DNA of 64,000 bases from Schizochytrium sp. TIO01 (taxonomy: Eukaryota; Protista; Bigyra: Labyrinthulomycetes). The position numbers and the translations under genes are program-made. Shown piece by piece: positions 12,143 through 22,719 of this stretch; the first letter of the stretch is position 1; every line of letters begins with the position of its first letter. The stretch spans positions 1,860,001-1,924,000 of the forward strand of contig SMSO01000004.1 in assembly GCA_004764695.1 (NCBI GenBank), read 5' to 3'. The notes below the pieces were generated by a model. It was not told the DNA's origin. It made no database searches and worked only from the letters and a program-made list of their open reading frames with translations.

Positions 12143-14218
12143 ATGCCGGCACTACAATTTTCGACGAAAAAAGTAGGCACCTGTGAAGGCTGCGAAGGTA
12201 TCTTGCGCGAGCACCAAATTGAACGTGAAAGAATTTGGCGGGAAAATTTGCAATGGACAGAAGAAATTTTTGCATACAAACGTGAACTCGAAGTATTCAA
12301 TAAACGATCTCTGAAGCGCTTTGGTGTGAAACGAGTTTTGCTATGCTGCATGGACATGCCGAAGGGGGAATTTGAACGTGACATGGTCCCTTACAACCGT
12401 CTGTCTCCCTTCTGTAGTGAAGCACTGACTAAAATGGTATATGCTGCACCGTATCAAGAGCTAAAACTCTCTGAGAAACACCCATTGTATAAATTGACAT
12501 GTGCGGAGCGCTTGCTTCTTACCGCTGTTGACCTTTTCAAACACCAAGACCAGGTTATTCCAGATCTTGTCAAGGCCCGCTATAATCAAGGATGCCCTTT
12601 TGAATTATATGATGACAGCCTTCAAACCAATGAGTTTGTCTATAGTGTGCTCGACCTCGTAGGAGCCATTGTTGCAAGAGAAGACGTCGACATTGACGAA
12701 TTAGTCGAAAAGCTTCCCAGCAAGTATGAAAGCTTTTCTGATGATTTACATGAAGTTCGTTCAAAGCTTGATCAGCCCCTGCACATGCACAATGGATCTA
12801 AATCGGACTATTCTGATTTTGAATCAGCTGAAGACATGGAAGTCGATATTGATGACCGCCAAAGTTTGAGTAGACGTCATCAGAGGCGGTCTCATCGACG
12901 CCATTCCGTCACTTCAGGAATGGAGTCTTCGTCATCTTCTTCTCATCGTCGTTCCCGTAGGCACTCAGAGTACAAGCATCGTCATCACAAGAGCTCAATA
13001 GACGACAAAAGTGATGAAGAAAAGGAATCTGGCAAGACAAACTCCCGCTCGGAGCGACGCCGGCGCCACTCTACAGCGGGATTTTCTGACAAAGAGCGTC
13101 GTCGATCTCGCCAGCTTATTGACTCCCGGGATGCATCTCCTCATCAGCTTACACAAGATGAAAGAAACACTGAAGAGAATCCTGATCACGAATCAGACAA
13201 TGTTGACAGGGAAAGTAAACAAGGGAGTTCACATAGGCACCGTCGGCACTCTGCGCGGAGTGGTAATTCAACTAACTCGCGTAGAGAATCGGATGCAGAA
13301 GCGCGCCATCGATCGCGTCGTGGATCTGCAACAAGTTTACCAACAGGTCTCGATGAAGCCGTCGTTCTAGCAGCAGACGATGACACTCAAGAAATCACTA
13401 GTCTGCGCAATAGCTCTCGCAGAACCTCGTCACGCAGACATTCATACCATCACCGTCTTCAACGTGAAGAGCAAGAGGACGTAGTCATCCCTGAGCCGTT
13501 GGGCCGTGCGCGGGGTAGTACATTACCTTCTCACGGTCGCAGTCGTTACCGCACTGCAAACTACCCTGAGGCAGAGGCTGAGTCTCTTCACAATCTCCCA
13601 GTGGCGGAACCTCTTGAACCCGAGACTGATGACATAGAATCCACAAACGAATTTGAAAGTGCTGACGAAACTGCCAGCCAAAACAGCAGCCATCTCATCA
13701 ATATTGAAGAAGGCGATGACGAAGGAGAGGAGTTAACAGAGGAAAGCATTCTTGAACGAGAGCAGGACCGCAAATCAAAGCGGAAAAGCAGACGTCGTTT
13801 GAGCCTTCGCGCTGTGCTCCAAAGTACATGTAAATTGCACCTACACGCAGAAGATCAAGTTGCCAACGATGTGCAACATGATCTTGATAATGATTTGTTG
13901 TCTTCTGCAAATGTTACGGATAAAAAAAAGAAAAAGAAGAAATCGATATTGCGTCAAAGCCTTCTGTCTTCACGGCAGCAGAAAGGTACTTTGAGAAGGC
14001 GAAATTCGACCGGCTCCACACAAGACAGCCCTGCTGTACCCCGCTGGATTAAAGATCGCAATGGCAAGTCCTTTCGCTGGAGTGATCAACTAAAGCGCTA
14101 CGAACGCGTGCGCTTTAGTATTAAGCAAGGTATTACAGGTCCTGTATGTGTAGCTAAGCCGCTTGCACATGCAGAGGATGACCACATGACTCCAGATCTC
14201 GACCATTCTGACCTGTAG
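12143..14218 (+). CDS. Hypothetical protein, 691 aa: folded N-terminal ~200 aa, long S/R/H/D/E-rich disordered centre, basic C-terminus
   Basis: 2-kb uninterrupted ATG ORF with natural composition. It has an N-terminal CEGC, many RRHS motifs and a poly-Lys tract (KKKKKKK, NLS-like). No family recognised. Confidence 0.8.
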   Translation: MPALQFSTKKVGTCEGCEGILREHQIERERIWRENLQWTEEIFAYKRELEVFNKRSLKRFGVKRVLLCCMDMPKGEFERDMVPYNRLSPFCSEALTKMVYAAPYQELKLSEKHPLYKLTCAERLLLTAVDLFKHQDQVIPDLVKARYNQGCPFELYDDSLQTNEFVYSVLDLVGAIVAREDVDIDELVEKLPSKYESFSDDLHEVRSKLDQPLHMHNGSKSDYSDFESAEDMEVDIDDRQSLSRRHQRRSHRRHSVTSGMESSSSSSHRRSRRHSEYKHRHHKSSIDDKSDEEKESGKTNSRSERRRRHSTAGFSDKERRRSRQLIDSRDASPHQLTQDERNTEENPDHESDNVDRESKQGSSHRHRRHSARSGNSTNSRRESDAEARHRSRRGSATSLPTGLDEAVVLAADDDTQEITSLRNSSRRTSSRRHSYHHRLQREEQEDVVIPEPLGRARGSTLPSHGRSRYRTANYPEAEAESLHNLPVAEPLEPETDDIESTNEFESADETASQNSSHLINIEEGDDEGEELTEESILEREQDRKSKRKSRRRLSLRAVLQSTCKLHLHAEDQVANDVQHDLDNDLLSSANVTDKKKKKKKSILRQSLLSSRQQKGTLRRRNSTGSTQDSPAVPRWIKDRNGKSFRWSDQLKRYERVRFSIKQGITGPVCVAKPLAHAEDDHMTPDLDHSDL

Positions 14219-15170
14219 AGATGAGTTCTTACAGTAGCCAGATTTATGTATATAAGCACTCAAGCACAATCTGACGCTCTTGCAATATTTTGGTGTATTC
14301 CGAGTATTGCTAATTCTACTTTTTACCTGAGGAAATTAATTCCTTAAATATCCTTTGAATAGGTTATTTTGAAATGTAGGCAGCTATGCAAGCCTCGCCA
14401 ATATTCAGTTTTTAATTTATTGATTGTAACAAATAAAGTGAGCCTGACACTATCTGATAGAAGTTTCATTTTTACACTTTCTCTTTAGTTAAAGTCCAAC
14501 AAAATGTGCATACCAACCTGAAAAGTCTTCAATTCTGTCGATTTCCTTTTTTAATCCAGTTACACTCCTTCACTTATGAACTCAAACCGGTTTGTGGGGG
14601 GGGGGGGTGCACAGGGTTGGAAGTCTGGGGAAGAGAAATTGCCAAATCTTAAAGTAAAAAAACTAGTTTACGAAATATTCTCTTTGTTCTTGTGGCTGAA
14701 GTTTATTTTTCACGATGTGTCTGCGCTTGTCAAAGTCTGATAGCTAGCCTGTGCAAATGTGCACTCGCAAAATAAGAACATCATAAATGATGATCACACT
14801 TAGTCGTAGTTTCGAAGAAGCGCCGAAACCCTTCTCACAACAGTCTTAGTACCAGTTTCATACTGTGATGGAAGACTATGAAAATATTTTCGGGGATGAC
14901 TCTCAAGAGAGAAAATATCTATCAATCCATATGTGGATATTTAGGGATATATCCCAAGGGCTTGTCTGTGGTGGTTTGGTGGTGGTTTGGTGGCGGAAAG
15001 TTTTGCTAACAAAATTCGATTTTCTGATAAAAATGTAAGTGGGACACCTTAAAACTATACATTCTAGCTGCAGAGTATCGCTTCATAAAAGGAAATAATG
15101 TCACGCGAACAACACATAATATTTAGACTTTGATTTATTCGAAACGTTGCTGCAGCACTACTACTTATAA

Positions 15171-18100
15171 TTACACTATAGTGCACATGTAAGATATGAT
15201 ATTAGAGGGTGGGGTCGGGTGTTCTTCAATCTTTGCTTTAGAGGCTGAGTTGATCACCATAGAATTGACTTGTGCTGCATCAGGGACTGAACTATCATTA
15301 AGACTTGACGAGTTGCGGCTTGAGATACTAGGCTCAATTGTGCGGTGGAGCAAAACGTCTTTTCGAACTACCTCAATTTTACTCATCATCGCACTGTAGC
15401 CATAACGCGTCTCTGGGATCAGCCCAGATGATTTTCTACCTGGGGTTCCAGGTGCTTGTTGAAACTGTGCTGAAGGCGGCCCAACGAGAGTTGTTCCAGA
15501 GTGAGAACGAGGGCGATCTAAAGTGTTCCCACTCAGTTGTAATAGGCTTTGTTGACCAACTAATTCCTTCATTTCTGCGAGTGCAGGGAGAATTTTGTCT
15601 CGCCCTAAATTGAGTTGTGCCACTTCCTCAATGATTGCATATGCCTCTGGAAGCGCATCAATAGTTAAATCCATACGAAAAGAATACATCATAAATTTGA
15701 GTGCCATAGCATCATGATGTGCTTTGCTGTAGTGATGAGAGAGGAGAACGAAGTACGGGCGTAAGTCGTCATCAAATGTCTTTTGATAGTACTGTGCAGC
15801 TGAAAGATGCAGTATCTTCAAGTTGCGCGTTGTATTCAGATTATAACAGACTTCCCTGGACACGTTTGTTCGAAATGCATAGACTCTTTCATTGTTTGGA
15901 CCATTGGTAACCTCCAGCCACTCGCTATCAACCAGGTCCTCGATCACCTCATTAAGCATATGATCACCCTTCCGACTAATGCAACGAGGTATCATATCAC
16001 GCAGGCATCCTATAGGAAAACATGGGCCAATGACTGCGGCTGTTTTTAAAAGCGCACGATGCGTATCAGGTAGTAAATCAAATCGAGCTTGCACAGCTCT
16101 CTCGATTACAGCACTGATGGTTGTGCACTCAACTAAATCAGTATCTTCAGAGTCTGCTAAACTTTTCGCCAACTCTGCACACTGTCCAGGATTGCCAAGG
16201 CTTTGACTTAAAATAAACTCAATTGCATGTTTTTTCAAGGCTTTACCTTCGGCAGCCGTCTTGATGAGCTTTAAACAATCGCCTCTACCAAGCGCAGAAA
16301 GTTGCACTTCAGAGATTGAATCACCTCCAAGGAGACCATCACACCAATCTGGCACCCGTGCAGAGTTACTGCGCGTAAATATGATTGCGACCTTTCCTTC
16401 AACGGCTTGGATAAGTTCATGGAGGGCCTTTCCTGTTAGACTATCTATGAAGTGCATATCATCTAATAAGATCACAATCTGCTGCTCGCGCTCCGCGAAA
16501 TCCAGAAATAAGATTTTTAAAATCTTTCGAATTGAGTTCATCACAACAGCACTGTGAGGTAGAAGGTCTAGGGAAGGTTGCTTTCGAACTAAAGCACTTT
16601 TCTTCGCTGTAGTGTTACCTTGAAAAGAACGATCCTGATCGAGTGTCCAGTTGACGTTAAGCACTTGACTCAAAAATGGTGATGCTATACGATCAGACGT
16701 TCTTTTCGCATTCTTCCATTTTAACGAAGAGAATTTAGAGGGTGGATTTGATGAAAGCGCGGATAGTCGCCTCTGAGACCGATTCTTAAACGAGTTTTGT
16801 AGGATAGACACTTCTTTTGATACACTCTCATTGTATCCTTCTCCATCAATACTGGATGGGTCTTTACTAAGAAGGTTATGAAAAGAAAACGAGCTTGATT
16901 TTCCGCTCCCATCAAAATTTTCTACATTCGGTGCACTCATGCGACGCAATAAGTCTATATCATGATTCTTTGCAAAACCATGTCCAGACTGCCACTGCTT
17001 TTGTTGTTTTCCTTCTGTAGGAGATGGTGGAGATTTTTCCACCATATCTTGCTGACTTGGCTTTCTCATAAAAAGACTTGTTGTGGACCTCAAAAACCTA
17101 TGGCGAGGACCTCTGGCTGTAGGCTTCGTTTCTGGCGCTGCTGGAGTCTTTTCACCAAAGCTTCTATTACTTGAAGTTAGTATGAGGTCCTGAGCTCCTG
17201 TGTGGGAGGTGATTTTTCTTCGTAGAGTGAACGAACTGGTTTTGTTTGTAGAAGACTGGTCAGTATCTGCTGCTAGTGAGGACCTGCTTCCATGCGAAGT
17301 AGCATCGGGTAGATCATCTGTTGCAAAATACGACCCGACTCGAGTCATGAGATTTCGGAAAAGCTCTCGCCTGGTTGCTTCTAAGTCATCTTTGAGTAAA
17401 GTACTCTCTGATTCGTGTTCCTTTTTCGCATGGGGACTTCTATGCAAGAGCTGCCAAAATAGCTGCTGAAAAATTCCATATGGAGCGGATTGTGAAGAAG
17501 GAAACACTCTGTTGTATAGAGTCACATCACCATCCCTGTCAAACACTTGCTTCAGTTGGGAAATCATATGCGATTTGCCCATACCCTGCTCGCCTGATAT
17601 GAAACATATGGTCGGTTCACTTTTTTTTGTGGAGCGCACTGCTTCGAAGACAAGCTTCATTTCGTTACTTCGACCGACGAGCTCCGCAAATTCAGAGTCA
17701 TTGCTTACGCTATTTTCTCTTTGAACATTTTCCCCATCTTTCGCTGTTAAACACTGGTATGTCTGCATTTCGTTTTCGTATCCTTTTAATCGTACTGGCT
17801 CAAGAGGTAAGAAATTAATATGTTGTTCTTGTCTTGTTTCCTTAAAGGTTTCGTCGCAGCAAATTAACATTGAGGTTTCGCCTTCCTGAGTGGCCCTCTT
17901 ACGACTTAGGCTCATCAGTCGCGCTGCAAGGTTTACATCTCGGCCAACCATCGCATACTCACGTCGCTCAGTTGAGCCAACAGCACCACAGAACGCAGCC
18001 CCAGTAGATAGCCCAATATAAGTCTTCAATTGGCGAGCCTCCGTTGCTTTGGCCATATTTAAACCACATGAGAGAGCTCTCAGTGGATCATCACGATGAG

Positions 18101-19808
18101 TGTACCCTGCCACTCCAAAGCAGGCAATAAAAACACATCCCTTATCGTCGACTAGAAACTGGCGGAGAAGACCATTATAACTGAAGAGTACATGTTGCAG
18201 ATCTACAAGGATTTCATTGAACATTGTACATAATGCTTCCCCGTTGGAGTCAGGCGAGTAAATATCTAGGGGAAACCCATCTATCATCATAAATAACACA
18301 CAAATACGCTTGCGATACTCATTTATATACCGCCCCCCGGCGCGTAAGACTTCCGCGGCAGGGTTAGGTACAAAGCAACGTAATCGGTTGACAAAGTTTG
18401 ATGCAAAATTATGACTTGCTGTAGACCCACTACTGACGGCTTCACTTCTGCTCTTATCCAGCCTTTTACGATGATAAGCGCCCATTACAAACACACTATC
18501 TGGGTCGGACTCTGCTCGGGGAGTTGATACATCAACACTATTTGTTGCTATCAGCTTGACGAGACCCCGTTTTCTTTCAAAGCTGCCAATCAAGTTCGGA
18601 GAATTAACCCTCTTTTCCTCAATTTCTTCTCCTTCGCACACATCTTTCACAGGTTCGAAGGTTTCCTTCGTAACAACGACCTCACGACTACTTGCGTGCC
18701 CTTCGGCATCTCCCATCCTAACGATTGCTTCGCCAATCACCAACCAATTCCAAAAGTTATCCGTTCCGCCGAGAAGCATGAAGTGAGTTTTTCCGGAGGC
18801 AATGCCAATGTGCAACGTAAGTTGTGGTCTTGTCAGCTCTGCTAGAGCAAGACCGCATTGGAATACTCTGAGAGTTTGTCGTACACGATGTACTTCATCG
18901 GTGGGCCAAATTATGATGAGCGCATCGCCAGCAAAAGCTACAATATCACCATTATATGCTTTCACAATCTCAATCAAAGCGCCCAAAAAATCGCTAATTA
19001 TTTCTGATAGCTCATCTACACCTTCAGCTCCGCGAGAACACAAATTTTCACTTAAGGACGTAAAGCCAGAAATATCGGCAAGCATCACTAGAGCATGACA
19101 TGTTTTTGTAATCGTAGATAGAGGTTTGTCTTCTTGTAAAATGCTCAAGAGCTCTTTGGGAACAAAGGATGAGAGCTTTGGAATGTCTTTCGCAGTTACA
19201 GGACGGGAATAGCTTGTACTGGACATCCCATCCCGATCAAAAGTGGATTCATCTCCACTTAATAATGGAGACCCTTGGAATTTGCGGCTGCCAAGAAGTC
19301 CTGAAGACCTAGATGTACTTACACTTTGCCCATTTAAAGGGTTTACGAGATGTCGAGGTTGTCGCATCGTCTCAAAATTTGAAATCCGTGCCTGGCCAAA
19401 ATTACCCAAGGGTCCTAGATGCGCAGCTGAGATTTGTCGTTCGGAATTTGATCTAAACTGGATTGGCTGATGCATCCCACTGCTCTGACTCCTTCCTGTT
19501 TTTATATCTACTGTTGGAAGTGCTGCCACGTGATCATTACCTGCAGAACCCAAGCTTTGTTGAGACTCCTCATGCAAAAGTTGCGTGGTTGATACTGTAT
19601 GTTCTTCTGCAATACAGTCACCTGTAAGGTCATCATTACTCTGATTACTTTGCCGAAATTGTAATGAATCATCTTCCTGTTTGTTGACAACGTCAAACAA
19701 GATAGATGAGTGGCTTGATTTCATTTCGAGATCGTCATACTGGGTCATCTTAGTTTTGCCCGTCGATGAGTGGTCGTGCTTAGTCTCTTTGTCGTCTCCA
19801 ATTAACAT
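15171..19808 (-). CDS. Soluble class III nucleotidyl cyclase (sAC/ADCY10/Dictyostelium SgcA architecture): two cyclase domains, STAND P-loop NTPase, helical tail
   Basis: C1 has LADISGFT and FAGDAL (metal-binding Asp residues). C2 has RQFLVDDKG and RREYAMVGRDVNLAARLM. Walker A is GEQGMGKS, Walker B is ILLDDMH, followed by GNP and LKTAAVIG motifs. No transmembrane segments are evident. Confidence 0.92.
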   Translation of the reverse strand: MLIGDDKETKHDHSSTGKTKMTQYDDLEMKSSHSSILFDVVNKQEDDSLQFRQSNQSNDDLTGDCIAEEHTVSTTQLLHEESQQSLGSAGNDHVAALPTVDIKTGRSQSSGMHQPIQFRSNSERQISAAHLGPLGNFGQARISNFETMRQPRHLVNPLNGQSVSTSRSSGLLGSRKFQGSPLLSGDESTFDRDGMSSTSYSRPVTAKDIPKLSSFVPKELLSILQEDKPLSTITKTCHALVMLADISGFTSLSENLCSRGAEGVDELSEIISDFLGALIEIVKAYNGDIVAFAGDALIIIWPTDEVHRVRQTLRVFQCGLALAELTRPQLTLHIGIASGKTHFMLLGGTDNFWNWLVIGEAIVRMGDAEGHASSREVVVTKETFEPVKDVCEGEEIEEKRVNSPNLIGSFERKRGLVKLIATNSVDVSTPRAESDPDSVFVMGAYHRKRLDKSRSEAVSSGSTASHNFASNFVNRLRCFVPNPAAEVLRAGGRYINEYRKRICVLFMMIDGFPLDIYSPDSNGEALCTMFNEILVDLQHVLFSYNGLLRQFLVDDKGCVFIACFGVAGYTHRDDPLRALSCGLNMAKATEARQLKTYIGLSTGAAFCGAVGSTERREYAMVGRDVNLAARLMSLSRKRATQEGETSMLICCDETFKETRQEQHINFLPLEPVRLKGYENEMQTYQCLTAKDGENVQRENSVSNDSEFAELVGRSNEMKLVFEAVRSTKKSEPTICFISGEQGMGKSHMISQLKQVFDRDGDVTLYNRVFPSSQSAPYGIFQQLFWQLLHRSPHAKKEHESESTLLKDDLEATRRELFRNLMTRVGSYFATDDLPDATSHGSRSSLAADTDQSSTNKTSSFTLRRKITSHTGAQDLILTSSNRSFGEKTPAAPETKPTARGPRHRFLRSTTSLFMRKPSQQDMVEKSPPSPTEGKQQKQWQSGHGFAKNHDIDLLRRMSAPNVENFDGSGKSSSFSFHNLLSKDPSSIDGEGYNESVSKEVSILQNSFKNRSQRRLSALSSNPPSKFSSLKWKNAKRTSDRIASPFLSQVLNVNWTLDQDRSFQGNTTAKKSALVRKQPSLDLLPHSAVVMNSIRKILKILFLDFAEREQQIVILLDDMHFIDSLTGKALHELIQAVEGKVAIIFTRSNSARVPDWCDGLLGGDSISEVQLSALGRGDCLKLIKTAAEGKALKKHAIEFILSQSLGNPGQCAELAKSLADSEDTDLVECTTISAVIERAVQARFDLLPDTHRALLKTAAVIGPCFPIGCLRDMIPRCISRKGDHMLNEVIEDLVDSEWLEVTNGPNNERVYAFRTNVSREVCYNLNTTRNLKILHLSAAQYYQKTFDDDLRPYFVLLSHHYSKAHHDAMALKFMMYSFRMDLTIDALPEAYAIIEEVAQLNLGRDKILPALAEMKELVGQQSLLQLSGNTLDRPRSHSGTTLVGPPSAQFQQAPGTPGRKSSGLIPETRYGYSAMMSKIEVVRKDVLLHRTIEPSISSRNSSSLNDSSVPDAAQVNSMVINSASKAKIEEHPTPPSNIISYMCTIV

Positions 19809-21606
19809 CGACTCAGTTTATTGTACAAAGCGTAGATAACACCTTGCCTATAGCTCACGTTGTCAACTCAAACCGAGATACGTAGGTAAGAGCGACAAGT
19901 TAGGCCTTGAGTTCTACTCCCTTTCTCACTTCGGCCACGGGAATGACGAAGCTTTGTGCAACACCACTCGACCCTTGAATTAAATCGATAATACGTAAAC
20001 TCCTTCTCCTCACTCCGTTGCTTTGCTGTGGACAACTTCAATAACCCTTGCGAATATCAACAGTAGAAGAACTAATCATTGAGGTGCCGCTCTGACAACA
20101 CATGAGAAAATCAACCCTGTCATGCGGAGCAGTACCGGTTAAGTTCTACTATGCCTGGCAGAAACTTAAATAGTGACTTGACCAATAAAGAACCATCTCA
20201 CTATTATAGGATAGAATCGAGAGTCCGGCACATTAGTATAAACCATTTGTAATAGGGAGGTGTGCAAATAAACTACAAAACTACTTATGTTCTTTACACA
20301 TGATCAAATTACCAGAAACCGTACATCGAGATATTACACTGCATCCATATTGCAGCGCGGAGTACACACTTAAGAGTTCAGAAATTCAAAATCTCTGGCT
20401 GCTTGAGAAGTTGTGTTGAACAGTACGTAAAAAAAATGCACATACATGTTACAACTAGTTATTTTTAATTAATAAATTCATTATTAATATTTTGTATTAG
20501 AAGTATGTTGCTAATTAGACTATTTCGAGATCCGCTCAACGGATCTTTCTCCAGTTCACTTAGATTACAGCTGATCTCACATGTTGACTTTAATTCTTGC
20601 AACGAGGAATCACGAAAAGGTACTATTGATCAACAATGATGAGTTGGTTTCTGGTGTGCAAAGGGTTCTACTGTGGCATCGACTCTAGACCAATATATGC
20701 ACATGTATTATTTGTTCAACTTAAAAAATAAAAAATGATTGTGGCGGTAGCAAGCAAAAATGTAAAATAATTTTAAGATAAAGAATCGTTGCGGCTAGTA
20801 GATTAGTAGCAGTGAGAAACATTGTGCTAACTTGTCCAAAAGTGTGCATTTGATGGTTCTCTACTATTATATTCTTAGCAAACACTTGTAGGCCGGTAGA
20901 CAGCCTCGAGTTGCAACCAACGAGCGCTATACTCCAGTTCAAAGTGCTTTACAAGGCCTCTGGCACGTGGTTTAGACAGGATTCTGTAGACTCAGAGCTA
21001 CCTCTGGAGGCAAAGGTTACTCATTAGCAAGAACGCAAGTTCAAACCTTGAAGTCAACTTCATTTTGCTTTTTCCATTCCTTGCTGCGGACAAGTGAGCT
21101 ATTCAATTCGCCGTAGAATAGGCTCATTTTACAGAATAACTTTAAGTCCACGTCCTCATATCAAAACTCTACTTGAAGGAGAGTAAACTCAGACTTGAAG
21201 CAAACTGCACAAGTCACGAGGGCGTGTGCTGTTGTTACATGAGGCGAACGCGTAGGGACGCGTAAACTGCATCCAAGGTTACAATCACCCCGAGAATTTA
21301 CTCACAAGTAAGCTTCAAAAATACTTCCGCAACGCTTGCGTCTGGCGAGCCAGCTGCTTGGTCGAAGAAAAAGCTGCGTTGGCTTCAGATTGTTGTACGG
21401 AGTGAGCGCTTTAATTTACTATAGAGAACTCGAGTTGGGAATCTGTTAGATTGTATCAAAGAACTTTTCTGCCTCAGGCGGTTTAGGAAGGTTGTGATAT
21501 CCTCGTAAACGTGAAGCTTTTCCAGCTGTAAGTGGTCTTGTAGAGCTTCTCAACGATTACGACCTTAACGACTCGAACTACTTGAATCGCCCAAACAATA
21601 TATAGC

Positions 21607-22719
21607 ATGGGCGGCGCCTGTTCATCTTCGCAAGCGAGGGTCGAGCCTGCTAAATTGAAGATTCTGCTTCTAGGCGGGGCCAATGTAGGAAAGAGCACTA
21701 TCTTTAAACAAATGCGTCTTCTTTATAAAGAAGGGTTCGAGGACAAAGATCGGGAGTGGGCGCGTTGGTGTATCTACGAAAATATTATGGAAACACTAGT
21801 AGATCTAGATGCCGCAACGGACGACTTTGGAGTCGAAGTTCTTGAGGAGAATGAAGAGCTCGTGGATGACATAAAACCTGTTCTTCTCACATACAAAGTT
21901 GCAGACCAGTCTCAACCATTGAGAAAGCTAAAAATCTGGAGCTCCATTGAACGCTTATGGAATGACCCGGGTATTCAAGCAGCATTTCAAGAAATCCAGC
22001 ACCCAACGCAAAAGGATGTCGGTGAGAAGGATCGGAGTTTGTCTATCAGCACTGGCTACTTTCTTACACAACTTCATCGAATCAAACGAGAGGATTTTGT
22101 TCCCACAGACGACGATATTCTTCACTTGCGAAGATCAACAAACAACTCTGACACTATCGATTTCCACATGGAAGTTCTCACACTCATTGGAAAGCCTGCG
22201 ACACTCCATATCACATGTACAGATGTAGGTGGCCAGGCACATGAGCGTACAGAGTGGCCACGCCATGCAGAAAACTTGGATGCGATTTTGTATGTGCTAT
22301 CCCTCTCCGAGTTTTGCACTATTAACCAGAATAGCCAAAACGTGCTTGAAACTCAACTTGATCTTCTACGAGCTGTTAAGGAAACAGATTGTTTTGGCAA
22401 TGTGCCAATCATTGTACTTTTGAACAAAGTTGATCTTCTTGAGGCCAAATTAAAGGGTTTAATGTTTGCCGACTGTTTTCCAGACTTCACAGGTGCGAAT
22501 AATGTAGATGATGTGGTGTTATACGTGAAAGAAAAAGTTATTATGATTCTTTTGGGAGAGCCAAGCGACGAGAATGTAATAGAAGAATCTCGGAAAGAAC
22601 TCGGAAATAATATCATCACAACATGTGCAACGGATACGGAGCTGATGAGGACCATCATTGAACGAATCGGGCAATCAATCTTGCAGAAGACTCTCTCCGA
22701 ATCGAAATTTTTCTACTAG
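21607..22719 (+). CDS. Heterotrimeric G-protein alpha subunit (divergent)
   Basis: MGGACS N-terminus (myristoylation/palmitoylation-type), KILLLGGANVGKSTIFKQM, helical domain with LWNDPGIQ, PTDDDILHLRRST, DVGGQ, NKVD and TCATDT; 370 aa. Confidence 0.95.
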   Translation: MGGACSSSQARVEPAKLKILLLGGANVGKSTIFKQMRLLYKEGFEDKDREWARWCIYENIMETLVDLDAATDDFGVEVLEENEELVDDIKPVLLTYKVADQSQPLRKLKIWSSIERLWNDPGIQAAFQEIQHPTQKDVGEKDRSLSISTGYFLTQLHRIKREDFVPTDDDILHLRRSTNNSDTIDFHMEVLTLIGKPATLHITCTDVGGQAHERTEWPRHAENLDAILYVLSLSEFCTINQNSQNVLETQLDLLRAVKETDCFGNVPIIVLLNKVDLLEAKLKGLMFADCFPDFTGANNVDDVVLYVKEKVIMILLGEPSDENVIEESRKELGNNIITTCATDTELMRTIIERIGQSILQKTLSESKFFY

